A DNA stretch of 57,540 nucleotides from Burkholderiales bacterium 68-10 (GTDB lineage: Bacteria; Pseudomonadota; Gammaproteobacteria; Burkholderiales; Burkholderiaceae_C): positions 1-57,540 of the forward strand of contig MKTG01000048.1 of the NCBI GenBank assembly GCA_001897615.1, read 5' to 3'. A model generated the notes under the pieces. The model made no database searches. It was not told the DNA's origin and saw only the letters and a program-made list of their open reading frames with translations. Below are positions 1 to 9,831 of the stretch, piece after piece. A program made the translations under genes and the position numbers. Each line of letters opens with the position of its first letter. The first letter of the stretch is position 1.

Positions 1-574
<574 letters not shown>

Positions 575-713
575 GATCTTGAAATTTATACTCTTTCGAG
601 TTTACTCATTTAAACGGAATTGAAGTGAACTTCACTTCTGTTCTCATGAGCGTTTGATAGTCTGAAAGACCTTGGCAATTCGCCATCAAACGCCCACGCT
701 TATCGGCTGTATA

Positions 714-725
714 TTTTTAATGAAC
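714..725 (-). promoter_or_regulatory. boxA-like antitermination motif in the rrn leader (candidate)
   Basis: The minus strand reads GTTCATTAAAAA, 9/12 matches to the boxA core GCTCTTTAACAA as I remember it. It lies between the candidate rrn promoters and the 16S 5' end. Confidence 0.3.
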
Positions 726-778
726 CGCGCCAAGCGACCTGCTTTGCGCTGAGTCAGTTGCGATCAACTGAGCCTTGA

Positions 779-808
779 ATTATGACCTGTTTTCTATAAA
801 CCTGTCAA
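779..808 (-). promoter_or_regulatory. rrn promoter P2 (proximal), sigma-70 type
   Basis: The minus strand reads TTGACA (803-808), an 18-nt spacer, then CATAAT (779-784). An A-rich stretch (GGTAAAAACCC) lies upstream. The site is ~200 nt upstream of the 16S 5' end. Confidence 0.6.
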
Positions 809-890
809 ACTCTAGGGTTTTTACCGATTTGAATCGTTTGATCGATCCGTCTGGTCTTCACCCCTCCAGCTGTTAACTGGTGAGCCTTGA

Positions 891-920
891 ATTATGGCAT
901 GTTGTTGAACAACCTGTCAA
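891..920 (-). promoter_or_regulatory. rrn promoter P1 (distal), sigma-70 type
   Basis: The minus strand reads TTGACA (915-920), an 18-nt spacer, then CATAAT (891-896), preceded by GATAAAAACCCC. The whole ~65-bp block duplicates the P2 block 112 bp away. Confidence 0.6.
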
Positions 921-1215
921 GGCTTGGGGTTTTTATCGATTGCCACCCGCGCTGTGCGCCTGTGACTCTCCAACCCCTGCAACACTTGGCCGATCCCTGA
1001 GGACTGGCTGGATGCCGCTTCGCTGGTTTGCGCCTGTCGGCGTTGATCAGCGAAGCCATAGACTATAACACTGTTTTTGAGTTGTGCGCAAGGCAGCTTG
1101 AAAAAATTTTGTCGTTGTGCGGTTTGGGGCGCAGCGCCTGGGGTTGGGCCCGCTGGCCTGCGTCCTGTGCCGGCGTCGCGTATGGTCGGTCCTTGCTTCG
1201 GATGCGCTCTTCATC

Positions 1216-3129
1216 ATGGCTCTGCTCACACTGCTCGATGCTCAACTGGCTTTTGGCCATGTGCCCCTGCTGGATCACGCCGGCTTTTCCCTGGAAGCCG
1301 GTGAGCGGGTCGGCCTGATCGGGCGCAACGGTGCCGGCAAGTCCTCGCTGCTGCGCATTCTGGGCGGCCTGGAGCGCGCCGACGATGGCGAGTTGCAGAT
1401 CGCGCAGGGCCTGGGTGTGGCGTATGTGGCCCAGGAGCCCGCGTTGCCGGCGACGGCCACCGTGGCCGAGGCGGTGGCCGAAGGCCTGGCGCCGGTGCGG
1501 GCGCTGATCGATGCGTGGAGCAGTGGCGCGGGCGATCTGGATGGCCTGCAGGCGCGTATCGAGGCACTGGACGGCTGGAGCTGGCGCCAGCGCGTGGACG
1601 AGGCCTTGCAGCGCCTGCGGCTGCCGGCCGACGCGCGGATCCAGGCGTTGTCTGGCGGCACGCGCAAGCGGGTGGCCCTGGCGCAGGCCCTGGTGACGCG
1701 GCCCGATGTGCTGCTGCTGGACGAGCCGACCAACCACCTCGACCTGGACGCGATCCAGTGGCTGGAGGAGCTGCTGTTGCAGTTCAAGGGCAGCGTGGTG
1801 GTCATCACGCACGATCGGGCGTTTCTGGACCGGGTGGCCACGCGCATCGTCGAGCTGGACCGCGGCCAGCTGCTGTCGTACCCGGGCAACTTCGCGCGGT
1901 ATCAGGCGCTGAAGGCCGAGCAGCTGGCGCAGGAGGCCACCATCCACGCCCGCGCCGACAAGCTGCTGGCCCAGGAAGAGGTCTGGATTCGCCAGGGCGT
2001 GGAGGCTCGCCGCACGCGGGCGCAGGGCCGGGTCAACCGTCTGCAGGCGCTGCGCGCGGCGCGGGCGGCGCGGCGCGAGGCGGTGGGCCGCGTGCGGCTG
2101 GACGTGGACGCGGGCGCCGCCGGCTACCAGGGCAAGCTGGTGGCCGAGCTGCGCGACGTGCGCCTGGCGTTTGGCGAGCAGGTGATCGTCGACGGCCTGA
2201 GCACCACCGTGCTGCGCGGCGACAAGATCGGCCTGATCGGGCCCAACGGCGCCGGCAAGACCACGTTGCTGAAGCTGATCCTGGGCGAGCTGGCGCCCGA
2301 CAGCGGCCAGGTGCGGCGCGGCGCCAACCTGCAGGTGGCGTATTTCGACCAGATGCGCGCCGCGCTGGAGCCGGACGCGACGCTGGAGGACTTCATCAGC
2401 CCCGGCAGCGAGTGGATCGAGATCGGCCACCGGCGCCAGCACGTCAAGAGCTACCTGGGCGACTTCCTGTTCAGTCCGGCGCGCGCGGCCTCGCCGGTGC
2501 GCAGCCTGTCGGGCGGCGAGCGCGCCCGGCTGCTGCTGGCGCGCCTGTTCGCGCGCCCGGCCAACGTGCTGGTGCTGGACGAACCGACCAACGACCTGGA
2601 CATCGACACGCTGGAGCTGCTCGAGGAGCTGCTGCAGGACTATCCCGGCACGGTGTTCCTGGTCAGCCACGACCGCGCGTTCCTCGACAACGTGGTGACC
2701 AGCACCCTGGCCTGGGACGGCGCGGGGCGCTGGCGCGAATACGAGGGCGGGGTGCAGGACTGGCTGGTGCAGAGCGCGCGCTGGCAGGCCCTGCGCGCCC
2801 CCGACGCCGCGCTGCCGCCGCCGGGCGACAGTCCGAAGAAAGTGGATCAAATCAGCCAGAAACCCGTATCTGGCGAGCGCCAGCAGCTACCAAAAAAGAA
2901 GTTGTCATACAAGGAACAACGTGAACTCGACGAGCTGCCCGCCCGCATCGAGGCGCTGGAAGCCGAGCAAGCCGAGTTGCGCGCCACGCTGGCCGACGGC
3001 GCGCTCTACCAGAGCGACCTGGCGCGCGCGATCGCCCTGCAGGCGCGCGATGGCGCCATCGACGAGGCGCTGACCGCCGCCCTGGAGCGCTGGGCCGAAC
3101 TCGAATCGGCCGTGCAGCGCCCGGCCTGA
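1216..3129 (+). CDS. uup: ABC-F family ATPase (Uup-type)
   Basis: Two ABC cassettes: Walker A GRNGAGKSS and GPNGAGKTT, signatures LSGGTRKR and LSGGERAR. C-terminal coiled-coil (KKLSYKEQRELDELPARIEALEAEQAEL). I moved the start from the ORF-track ATG 1117 to ATG 1216 (MALLTLLDAQLAFG...). Confidence 0.9.
   Translation: MALLTLLDAQLAFGHVPLLDHAGFSLEAGERVGLIGRNGAGKSSLLRILGGLERADDGELQIAQGLGVAYVAQEPALPATATVAEAVAEGLAPVRALIDAWSSGAGDLDGLQARIEALDGWSWRQRVDEALQRLRLPADARIQALSGGTRKRVALAQALVTRPDVLLLDEPTNHLDLDAIQWLEELLLQFKGSVVVITHDRAFLDRVATRIVELDRGQLLSYPGNFARYQALKAEQLAQEATIHARADKLLAQEEVWIRQGVEARRTRAQGRVNRLQALRAARAARREAVGRVRLDVDAGAAGYQGKLVAELRDVRLAFGEQVIVDGLSTTVLRGDKIGLIGPNGAGKTTLLKLILGELAPDSGQVRRGANLQVAYFDQMRAALEPDATLEDFISPGSEWIEIGHRRQHVKSYLGDFLFSPARAASPVRSLSGGERARLLLARLFARPANVLVLDEPTNDLDIDTLELLEELLQDYPGTVFLVSHDRAFLDNVVTSTLAWDGAGRWREYEGGVQDWLVQSARWQALRAPDAALPPPGDSPKKVDQISQKPVSGERQQLPKKKLSYKEQRELDELPARIEALEAEQAELRATLADGALYQSDLARAIALQARDGAIDEALTAALERWAELESAVQRPA
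2847..2897 (+). repeat. Dispersed low-GC repeat, copy A (inside the uup coding sequence)
   Basis: TCAAATCAGCCAGAAACCCGTATCTGGCGAGCGCCAGCAGCTACCAAAAAAG. It has the family's TCAAATCAGCC head and GCGCCAGCAGCTA tail and is translated in frame as ..DQISQKPVSGERQQLPKK.. Confidence 0.6.
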
Positions 3130-3197
3130 CGGCAGGCCGCTACAGTGGTGCCGACGCGGCCCATCCCGGTGCCGCCTCGACGACTGGAGGCCAGGAC

Positions 3198-3887
3198 ATG
3201 AACAACCCGTGGCTGTGGACGGTGGCGGCCTTGCTGCCGCTGGTGGCGCTGGCCGCCTTCCGGCTGCTGCGCCCGCCCGGCGGCGCCGAGCAGCCGCTGG
3301 GCGACGACGACCGCTTCGCGCCCGTGGCCGCGCTGTCGCCGGCCGAAATGGCGTTGCTGGACTACCTGGTGCGCGCCTTTCCCGGCCGGCCGGTGCTGTT
3401 TCGGGTGCCGCTGTCGCGCCTGCTGACGGTGCGGCGCACCGGCAACCGCCTGGCCGCCCAACGGCGCCTGGCTGCGCTGACGGTGGACTACGTGGTCTGC
3501 AACCGCGACGGCAAGCCGGTCTACGCCTTCGAGCTCGACGCCGTGCACGGCGACGCCAGCCAGGCCGAGCAGGACGCGCGCGAAAAGCACCGCGTGCTGA
3601 AAACCGCCGGCGTGCGCCTGATCCGGCTCAAGCGCAGCACGCGCCATCTGCCGCCGACCGACGAATTTCGGCGCCAGCTGCGCGCCGCCGCCCTGCCGAC
3701 GCAGGACGCCGGCGCCGCCGAGGGGGCCGACCCCTGGCAAGGCGCCGAGCGCGCCCGCCCCACGCCGGTGCGTGGGGCCGAGCCGCCGCGCGATGCCGGC
3801 GACACCATCCCGATGACGGTGACCGACCTGATGGGCCTGCACCCCGCCGTGGACGACGACGCCGAGCCGCCGCCGGACCGCGGCTGA
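3198..3887 (+). CDS. Membrane-anchored hypothetical protein, DUF2726-like
   Basis: GGAGG Shine-Dalgarno 8 nt upstream. N-terminal hydrophobic helix WLWTVAALLPLVALAAF. The core LSPAEMALLDYLVRAFPG...VDYVVCNRDGKPVYAFELD...KHRVLKTAGVRLIRL resembles DUF2726 (nuclease-fold-like) proteins from memory; the family assignment is not verified. Confidence 0.6.
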   Translation: MNNPWLWTVAALLPLVALAAFRLLRPPGGAEQPLGDDDRFAPVAALSPAEMALLDYLVRAFPGRPVLFRVPLSRLLTVRRTGNRLAAQRRLAALTVDYVVCNRDGKPVYAFELDAVHGDASQAEQDAREKHRVLKTAGVRLIRLKRSTRHLPPTDEFRRQLRAAALPTQDAGAAEGADPWQGAERARPTPVRGAEPPRDAGDTIPMTVTDLMGLHPAVDDDAEPPPDRG

Positions 3888-3892
3888 CCGGC

Positions 3893-5332
3893 TCAGCCGC
3901 CGTCGCCGGCCGGCTTCTTGGTCGGCCGCTGCCAGCCGCTGAGATTGACCTGCCTGCCACGCGCCACGCTCAGGGCGCCCGGCGGCGTGTCCTGGGTGAT
4001 GGTGGAGCCGCCGCCCACCGTGCCGCCGGCGCCAATGGTGACGGGCGCCACCAGCACGCAGTTGCTGCCGATGTGGGCGTCGGCCTCGATCACCGTGCGG
4101 TGCTTGTGGGCGCCGTCGTAGTTGGCGGTGATGCTGCCGGCGCCGTAGTTCACGCGCTCGCCCACCGTGGCGTCGCCCAGATAGGCCAGGTGGTTGGCCT
4201 TGGCACCGGCGGCCAGGCTGGAGTTCTTGACCTCGACGAAGTTGCCGATGTGCACCTCGGGCCCCAGCTCGGCGCCCGGGCGCAGGCGGGCGAACGGCCC
4301 CACCAGCGCGCCCGCGCCCACGCGCACGCCGGCCGACTCGCCGTCGATGTGGGTGTAGGGGTGGATCACCGCGCCGGCGGCGATGCGGGCGTCGGCGATG
4401 CAGCAGTGGGCGCCGATCCGCGCGCCCTCGCCGATCTCGACCCGGCCGGTGAAGATGCAGCCGACGTCGATCTCCACGTCCGGCCCGCACAGCAGCTCGC
4501 CGCGCACGCCGCGCCGCGCGTCGTCGCGCAGGTCGAAGCGCGCCGGATCCATCAGCCGCACGCCGGCTTCCATCAGCGCGCGCGCCTGGCGCGCCTGGTG
4601 GGCGCGCTCCAGCTCGGCCAGCTGCAGCGGGCTGTTGACGCCGGCCACCTGCAGCGCGTCCTCGATGCGGTGCGCCACCACCGGCACGCCGCCCGCCACC
4701 GCCATGGCGACCACGTCGGTCAGGTAGTACTCGCCCTGGGCGTTGTCGTTGCTCAGCCGGCCCAGCCAGCCGCGCAGCAGGCGCGCCGGCACGGCCATGA
4801 TGCCGCTGTAGATCTCGGTGATGGCGCGCTCGGCCTCGCTCGCGTCCTTGTGCTCGACGATGCGCTGCACCGTGCCGCCAGCGCCGCGCACGATGCGGCC
4901 GTAGCCCGTGGGGTCGGGCAGGGTGACGGTGAGCAGCGCCAGCCGCTCGCCCCCGGCGGCGTCGATCAGCGCCCGCAAGGTGGCGGCCTCGGTCAGTGGC
5001 ACGTCGCCCGACAGCACCACCACCAGGCCGTCGTCGGCCAGCCGGGGCATGGCCTGCTGCATGGCGTGGCCGGTGCCCAGTTGCGGTTCCTGGCGTGCGA
5101 ATTGCAGGTCAAATCCGGCGCCGGCGCTTGCCAGACTTGAGCCAAACGCTTCTACTTCAATAGCGCCGTGGCCGGTGATGACGACCACCGAACGGGCCCG
5201 CAGCTGGCCGGCGGTGTCCAGCACATGGCCCAGCAGGGGCCGGCCGGCGAGTTTTTGCAGCACCTTGGGAATGCGGCTTTTCATGCGCGTGCCCTTGCCC
5301 GCGGCCATGATGGCGATGTCGATGGGTGTCAT
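3893..5332 (-). CDS. glmU: Bifunctional UDP-N-acetylglucosamine pyrophosphorylase / glucosamine-1-phosphate N-acetyltransferase
   Basis: N-terminus MTPIDIAIMAAGKGTRMKSRIPKVLQ (nucleotidyltransferase G-x-G-T-R motif). The C-terminal half is made of hexapeptide-repeat (left-handed beta-helix) sequence. Confidence 0.95.
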   Translation of the reverse strand: MTPIDIAIMAAGKGTRMKSRIPKVLQKLAGRPLLGHVLDTAGQLRARSVVVITGHGAIEVEAFGSSLASAGAGFDLQFARQEPQLGTGHAMQQAMPRLADDGLVVVLSGDVPLTEAATLRALIDAAGGERLALLTVTLPDPTGYGRIVRGAGGTVQRIVEHKDASEAERAITEIYSGIMAVPARLLRGWLGRLSNDNAQGEYYLTDVVAMAVAGGVPVVAHRIEDALQVAGVNSPLQLAELERAHQARQARALMEAGVRLMDPARFDLRDDARRGVRGELLCGPDVEIDVGCIFTGRVEIGEGARIGAHCCIADARIAAGAVIHPYTHIDGESAGVRVGAGALVGPFARLRPGAELGPEVHIGNFVEVKNSSLAAGAKANHLAYLGDATVGERVNYGAGSITANYDGAHKHRTVIEADAHIGSNCVLVAPVTIGAGGTVGGGSTITQDTPPGALSVARGRQVNLSGWQRPTKKPAGDGG

Positions 5333-5952
5333 TGCGGTGATGCGGTGGCCAGGGGGGTGGACAGGCCGCGCTCCAGCAGCGCGATCACCTCGTCGGCGAA
5401 GGCGTCGTAGCTCAGCGGCCCGTCGGGGCGCAGCCAGGTGAAGGTCCAGTTGATCATGCCAAACAGCGTCATGGTGATGGCGGTCTGGTTGCGCGCGTCC
5501 ACCCGCTCGGGGTAGGCGCGGCGCAGAAAGCGCGTGACGGCCGACACCACGTCGCGCTGGCGGTCCAGAATGACGCCGCGCTGCTCGTCGCCCAGGAACT
5601 GCGTGCTGGCCAGCAGCGCCGCGTGGCGCGTGGCCGAGCTTTCGTATTCGCGCAGGAAGGCGCGGATCAGCGCGTGCAGGGTGGCGCGCTCATCCAGCGC
5701 CTGGCGGTGCGCCGTGGCCTGCACCTGGCCGATGATGACCAGCAGCCGCTGGGTGTAACGCTCCAGCAGCTCGAACAGGATGGCATCCTTGCTGTCGTAA
5801 TAGTGGTACAGCCGCGCCTTGGAGGTGCCGCAGGCGGCGGCGATGTCGTTCATGCTGGTGGCCGGGTAGCTCTGGCGCGCAAAGCAGGCGGCCGCGACGT
5901 TGAGGATTTCGTCGCGGCGCAGACCGTGGGCGGCGGAGATCGGGCGGGCCAT
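5329..5952 (-). CDS. TetR family transcriptional regulator
   Basis: N-terminal helix-turn-helix RRDEILNVAAACFARQSYPATSMNDIAAACGTSKARLYHYYDSKDAILFELL. Its stop overlaps the glmU start (ATGA at 5329-5332). Confidence 0.85.
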   Translation of the reverse strand: MARPISAAHGLRRDEILNVAAACFARQSYPATSMNDIAAACGTSKARLYHYYDSKDAILFELLERYTQRLLVIIGQVQATAHRQALDERATLHALIRAFLREYESSATRHAALLASTQFLGDEQRGVILDRQRDVVSAVTRFLRRAYPERVDARNQTAITMTLFGMINWTFTWLRPDGPLSYDAFADEVIALLERGLSTPLATASPQ

Positions 5953-6006
5953 GGGGCGTGATTATCGACGCCCGCGGCGGCGCGCCGGCCGGGCCGGGAT
6001 TCTCGG

Positions 6007-6056
6007 TCAAATCAGCCCTTCGCGCCCGACCAGACAGCGCCAACAGCTATCATTAC
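6007..6056 (+). repeat. Dispersed low-GC repeat, copy B
   Basis: TCAAATCAGCCCTTCGCGCCCGACCAGACAGCGCCAACAGCTATCATTA, between the TetR-family gene start and the cca stop. Confidence 0.6.
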
Positions 6057-6077
6057 AGTAGCGTCTGGGGATGCCGG

Positions 6078-7355
6078 TCAGGCCGCGTGCGGCCCCTGCC
6101 CGTCCAGCCAGGCCTGCAGCGCCCGGGTGCGCGCCTGCGCCACCGCCTGGCCGATGGCGGCGCCCTGGGCGCCCGCCGCCTGCGCCGCGTGCGCCAGCTC
6201 GGCCGTGGCCACGCCCTGCGCCACCGCCAGCGCGGCCAGCAGGCGCGGGCGCTGCGGGTAGTCGGCCTGCTCGAAGCCCTGGCGCCCGCGGGCGTCGCAT
6301 TCACAGGCCAGCAGCACGTCGGCAAAGCGCGCCGGCTTGCGCAGTGCGTCGCAGCGCTCCAGCAGGCGCAGCAGGGCGGCGGCGCCCAGCTCGCCGCTGC
6401 GGTGGATGTGGCCGTGCTCGCGCGCCACCACCTCGGCCAGCTCGGTGCAGTCGGTGGGCACGCGCAGGCGCTGGCCGACGGCGCGCAGCAGGCGCACGCC
6501 GCGCTGCTCGTGGCCGATGTGGCGCGGCAGCTCGGCCGCCGGCGTGCTGCCCTTGCCCAGGTCGTGCATCAGGCAGGCCCAGCGCACCGGCAGCGGCGCG
6601 TGCAGTTGCGCGGCCATGCGCAGCACCATCATCACGTGCACGCCGGTGTCGATCTCGGGGTGGTATTCGGCGCGCTGGGGCACGCCCCACAGGCGCTCCA
6701 GCTCGGGCAGCACCACGGCCAGCGCGCCGCAGCCGCGCAGCACCTTGAACAGGCGCGTGGGGTGGGTCTCCATCAGGCCGCGCGCCAGCTCCTGCCAGAC
6801 GCGCTCGGGCACCAGGTGGTCGGCCTCGCCGTCCGCCACCATCTCGCGCATCAGCGCCTGCGTCTCGGGCGCCACGCTGAAGTCGTGAAAGCGCGCCGCG
6901 AAGCGCGCCACGCGCAGGATGCGAACCGGATCCTCGCGAAACGCGTCGGTGACGTGGCGCAGCACGCGATCGCGCAGATCGCGCCGGCCGCCGAACGGAT
7001 CGATCAGCGCGTTTTCATCATCAAAAACAGCTCCAGCGCTTGCCTGATCAGCGCGAACAGCTATGGCATTGATAGTGAGGTCGCGCCGCGCCAGGTCGTC
7101 CTCGATGCGCACGTCGGGGCTGGTGAAGACGGTGAAACCCTTGTAGCCGCGGCCGCTCTTGCGCTCGGTGCGCGCCAGGGCATATTCCTCATGCGACGCG
7201 GGATGCAGAAAAACGGGAAAATCCCTGCCGACCGGCACAAAGCCGCGAGCCACCATGTCCTCGGGCGTGGCGCCCACCACCACCCAGTCATGATCCTGCA
7301 CCGGCAGGCCGAGCAAACGGTCGCGCACGGCGCCACCCACCATGTAGATTTGCAT
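6078..7355 (-). CDS. cca: Multifunctional CCA-adding tRNA nucleotidyltransferase with HD domain
   Basis: [36 protein letters not shown], and an HD-domain HDLGKG. I moved the start to ATG 7355; the ORF-track start 7469 adds 38 non-homologous residues. Confidence 0.9.
   Translation of the reverse strand: MQIYMVGGAVRDRLLGLPVQDHDWVVVGATPEDMVARGFVPVGRDFPVFLHPASHEEYALARTERKSGRGYKGFTVFTSPDVRIEDDLARRDLTINAIAVRADQASAGAVFDDENALIDPFGGRRDLRDRVLRHVTDAFREDPVRILRVARFAARFHDFSVAPETQALMREMVADGEADHLVPERVWQELARGLMETHPTRLFKVLRGCGALAVVLPELERLWGVPQRAEYHPEIDTGVHVMMVLRMAAQLHAPLPVRWACLMHDLGKGSTPAAELPRHIGHEQRGVRLLRAVGQRLRVPTDCTELAEVVAREHGHIHRSGELGAAALLRLLERCDALRKPARFADVLLACECDARGRQGFEQADYPQRPRLLAALAVAQGVATAELAHAAQAAGAQGAAIGQAVAQARTRALQAWLDGQGPHAA
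7021..7075 (+). repeat. Dispersed low-GC repeat, copy C (inside the cca coding sequence)
   Basis: TCAAAAACAGCTCCAGCGCTTGCCTGATCAGCGCGAACAGCTATGGCATTGATAG. On the coding (minus) strand it is translated as [19 protein letters not shown]. Confidence 0.6.
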
Positions 7356-7451
7356 GGGCCAAGTGTAGGAGCAGCGTGGCGGCGCCCGCCGGGCAATGCC
7401 CATGCCGCAGGCACAGGCTAGGCGGGCCCGAATTGCCGAGTCCGCAAAAGA

Positions 7452-7466
7452 TACATACGATATGTA
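7452..7466. promoter_or_regulatory. Perfect 6-3-6 palindrome TACATA-CGA-TATGTA in an AT-rich island upstream of sufB (candidate operator/promoter)
   Basis: AAAAGATACATACGATATGTACATTTAAAAAG (7447-7478) is an isolated AT-rich block ending ~10 nt before the sufB ATG. The regulator is unknown. Confidence 0.35.
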
Positions 7467-7487
7467 CATTTAAAAAGTTGAGCGTCC

Positions 7488-8978
<1,491 letters not shown>

Positions 8979-8989
8979 GCCATTCATGA

Positions 8990-9040
8990 TCAAAAAGGCC
9001 GCCAGCGCTTGTTCAGCGAGCGCCGGCAGCTATTAAAATT
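8990..9040 (+). repeat. Dispersed low-GC repeat, copy D (sufB-sufC spacer)
   Basis: TCAAAAAGGCCGCCAGCGCTTGTTCAGCGAGCGCCGGCAGCTATTAAAATT. Confidence 0.65.
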
Positions 9041-9059
9041 GAAGTAAAAGGATTCCCCG

Positions 9060-9830
9060 ATGACCACCCCCGATCCCCTGCTGCAAGTGCGCGATCTGCG
9101 CGTCAACGTGGGCGAGCGCACCGTGCTGCGCTCGGTCTCGCTGGACGTGAACGCCGGCAGCCTGGTCGTGCTGATGGGCGCCAACGGCAGCGGCAAGAGC
9201 ACGCTGGGCCTGGCCCTGGCCGGCCACCCGGCCTACCACGTGCTGGGCGGCCAGGCGCTGCTGGCCGGGCAGGACCTGCTGGCCATGCCGGCGCACGAGC
9301 GCGCGCGCGCCGGCCTGTTCCTGTCGTTCCAGTCACCGCCCGACGTGCCGGGCGTCAAGAACAACCTGTTCATTCGCACCGCGCTGAACGCCCAGCGCGA
9401 ATCGCGCGGCGAGCAGCCGCTGGACGCCTTCGACTTCCTGACCAGCGCCAAGCAGGCCGCCAAGGGCCTGGGCCTGCCCGAGGCCATGCTGGGCCGGCCG
9501 GTCAATGCCGGCTTTTCCGGCGGCGAGCGCAAGCGCAACGAACTCTTGCAGCTGTCGCTGCTGCAACCCCGCCTGGCGCTGCTGGACGAGATCGACTCCG
9601 GCATGGACGTCGACGGCGTGCGCGCCGTGGTCGAGCAGGTGGCGCGTCTGCGCGCGCAGGGCACGGCCTTCATCGTCGTGTCGCACTACCTGCAGATGAT
9701 CGAGCAGCTGCACCCCGACGCCGTGCTGCGGCTGGACCAGGGCTGCATCGCCGAGCGCGGCGACCTGGGTCTGGCGCGCCACATCGCCGAAACCGGCTTC
9801 GCCTCGCGCACCGCGCCGGTGGGGGCCTGA
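9060..9830 (+). CDS. sufC: Fe-S cluster assembly ATPase SufC
   Basis: Walker A GANGSGKST, signature FSGGERKR, Walker B LALLDEIDSGMD. Confidence 0.95.
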   Translation: MTTPDPLLQVRDLRVNVGERTVLRSVSLDVNAGSLVVLMGANGSGKSTLGLALAGHPAYHVLGGQALLAGQDLLAMPAHERARAGLFLSFQSPPDVPGVKNNLFIRTALNAQRESRGEQPLDAFDFLTSAKQAAKGLGLPEAMLGRPVNAGFSGGERKRNELLQLSLLQPRLALLDEIDSGMDVDGVRAVVEQVARLRAQGTAFIVVSHYLQMIEQLHPDAVLRLDQGCIAERGDLGLARHIAETGFASRTAPVGA

Positions 9831-9831
9831 C

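Noticed and set aside
1021-1125. Possible additional degenerate copy of the dispersed repeat upstream of uup (…TTGATCAGCGAAGCCATAGACTATAACACTG…).
   Set aside because: It shares only a 9-mer (TGATCAGCG) and a vague tail with copy C. That is insufficient to distinguish from chance.
1063-2850. Many long ORFs in the track lie antisense to, or out of frame with, the genes above. Examples: 1063..2850(-) 595 aa, 3209..5140(+) 643 aa, 3006..4490(-), 5958..7421(+), 9670..11037(-), 13262..14914(-), 13279..15135(+), 15224..17182(+) 652 aa, 17619..19796(+, upstream part), 24677..26143(+), 34190..35806(+), 37079..39313(+) 744 aa, 40814..42628(+) 604 aa, 43879..45093(+), 46587..48116(-), 50425..52197(+).
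   Set aside because: Their translations are dominated by Arg/Ala/Gly/Pro/His runs with no recognisable motifs, which is typical of stop-codon-poor alternative frames in ~70% GC DNA. In each case the opposite strand or another frame encodes a clearly recognisable conserved protein.
5955-5972. Inverted repeat GGCGTGATTATCGACGCC next to the TetR-family start codon as a TetR operator feature.
   Set aside because: Only the outer 5 bp of each arm pair (12/18 overall). It overlaps the position where a ribosome-binding site should be, so the gene start itself may be mis-set. It is mentioned in a finding but not annotated.
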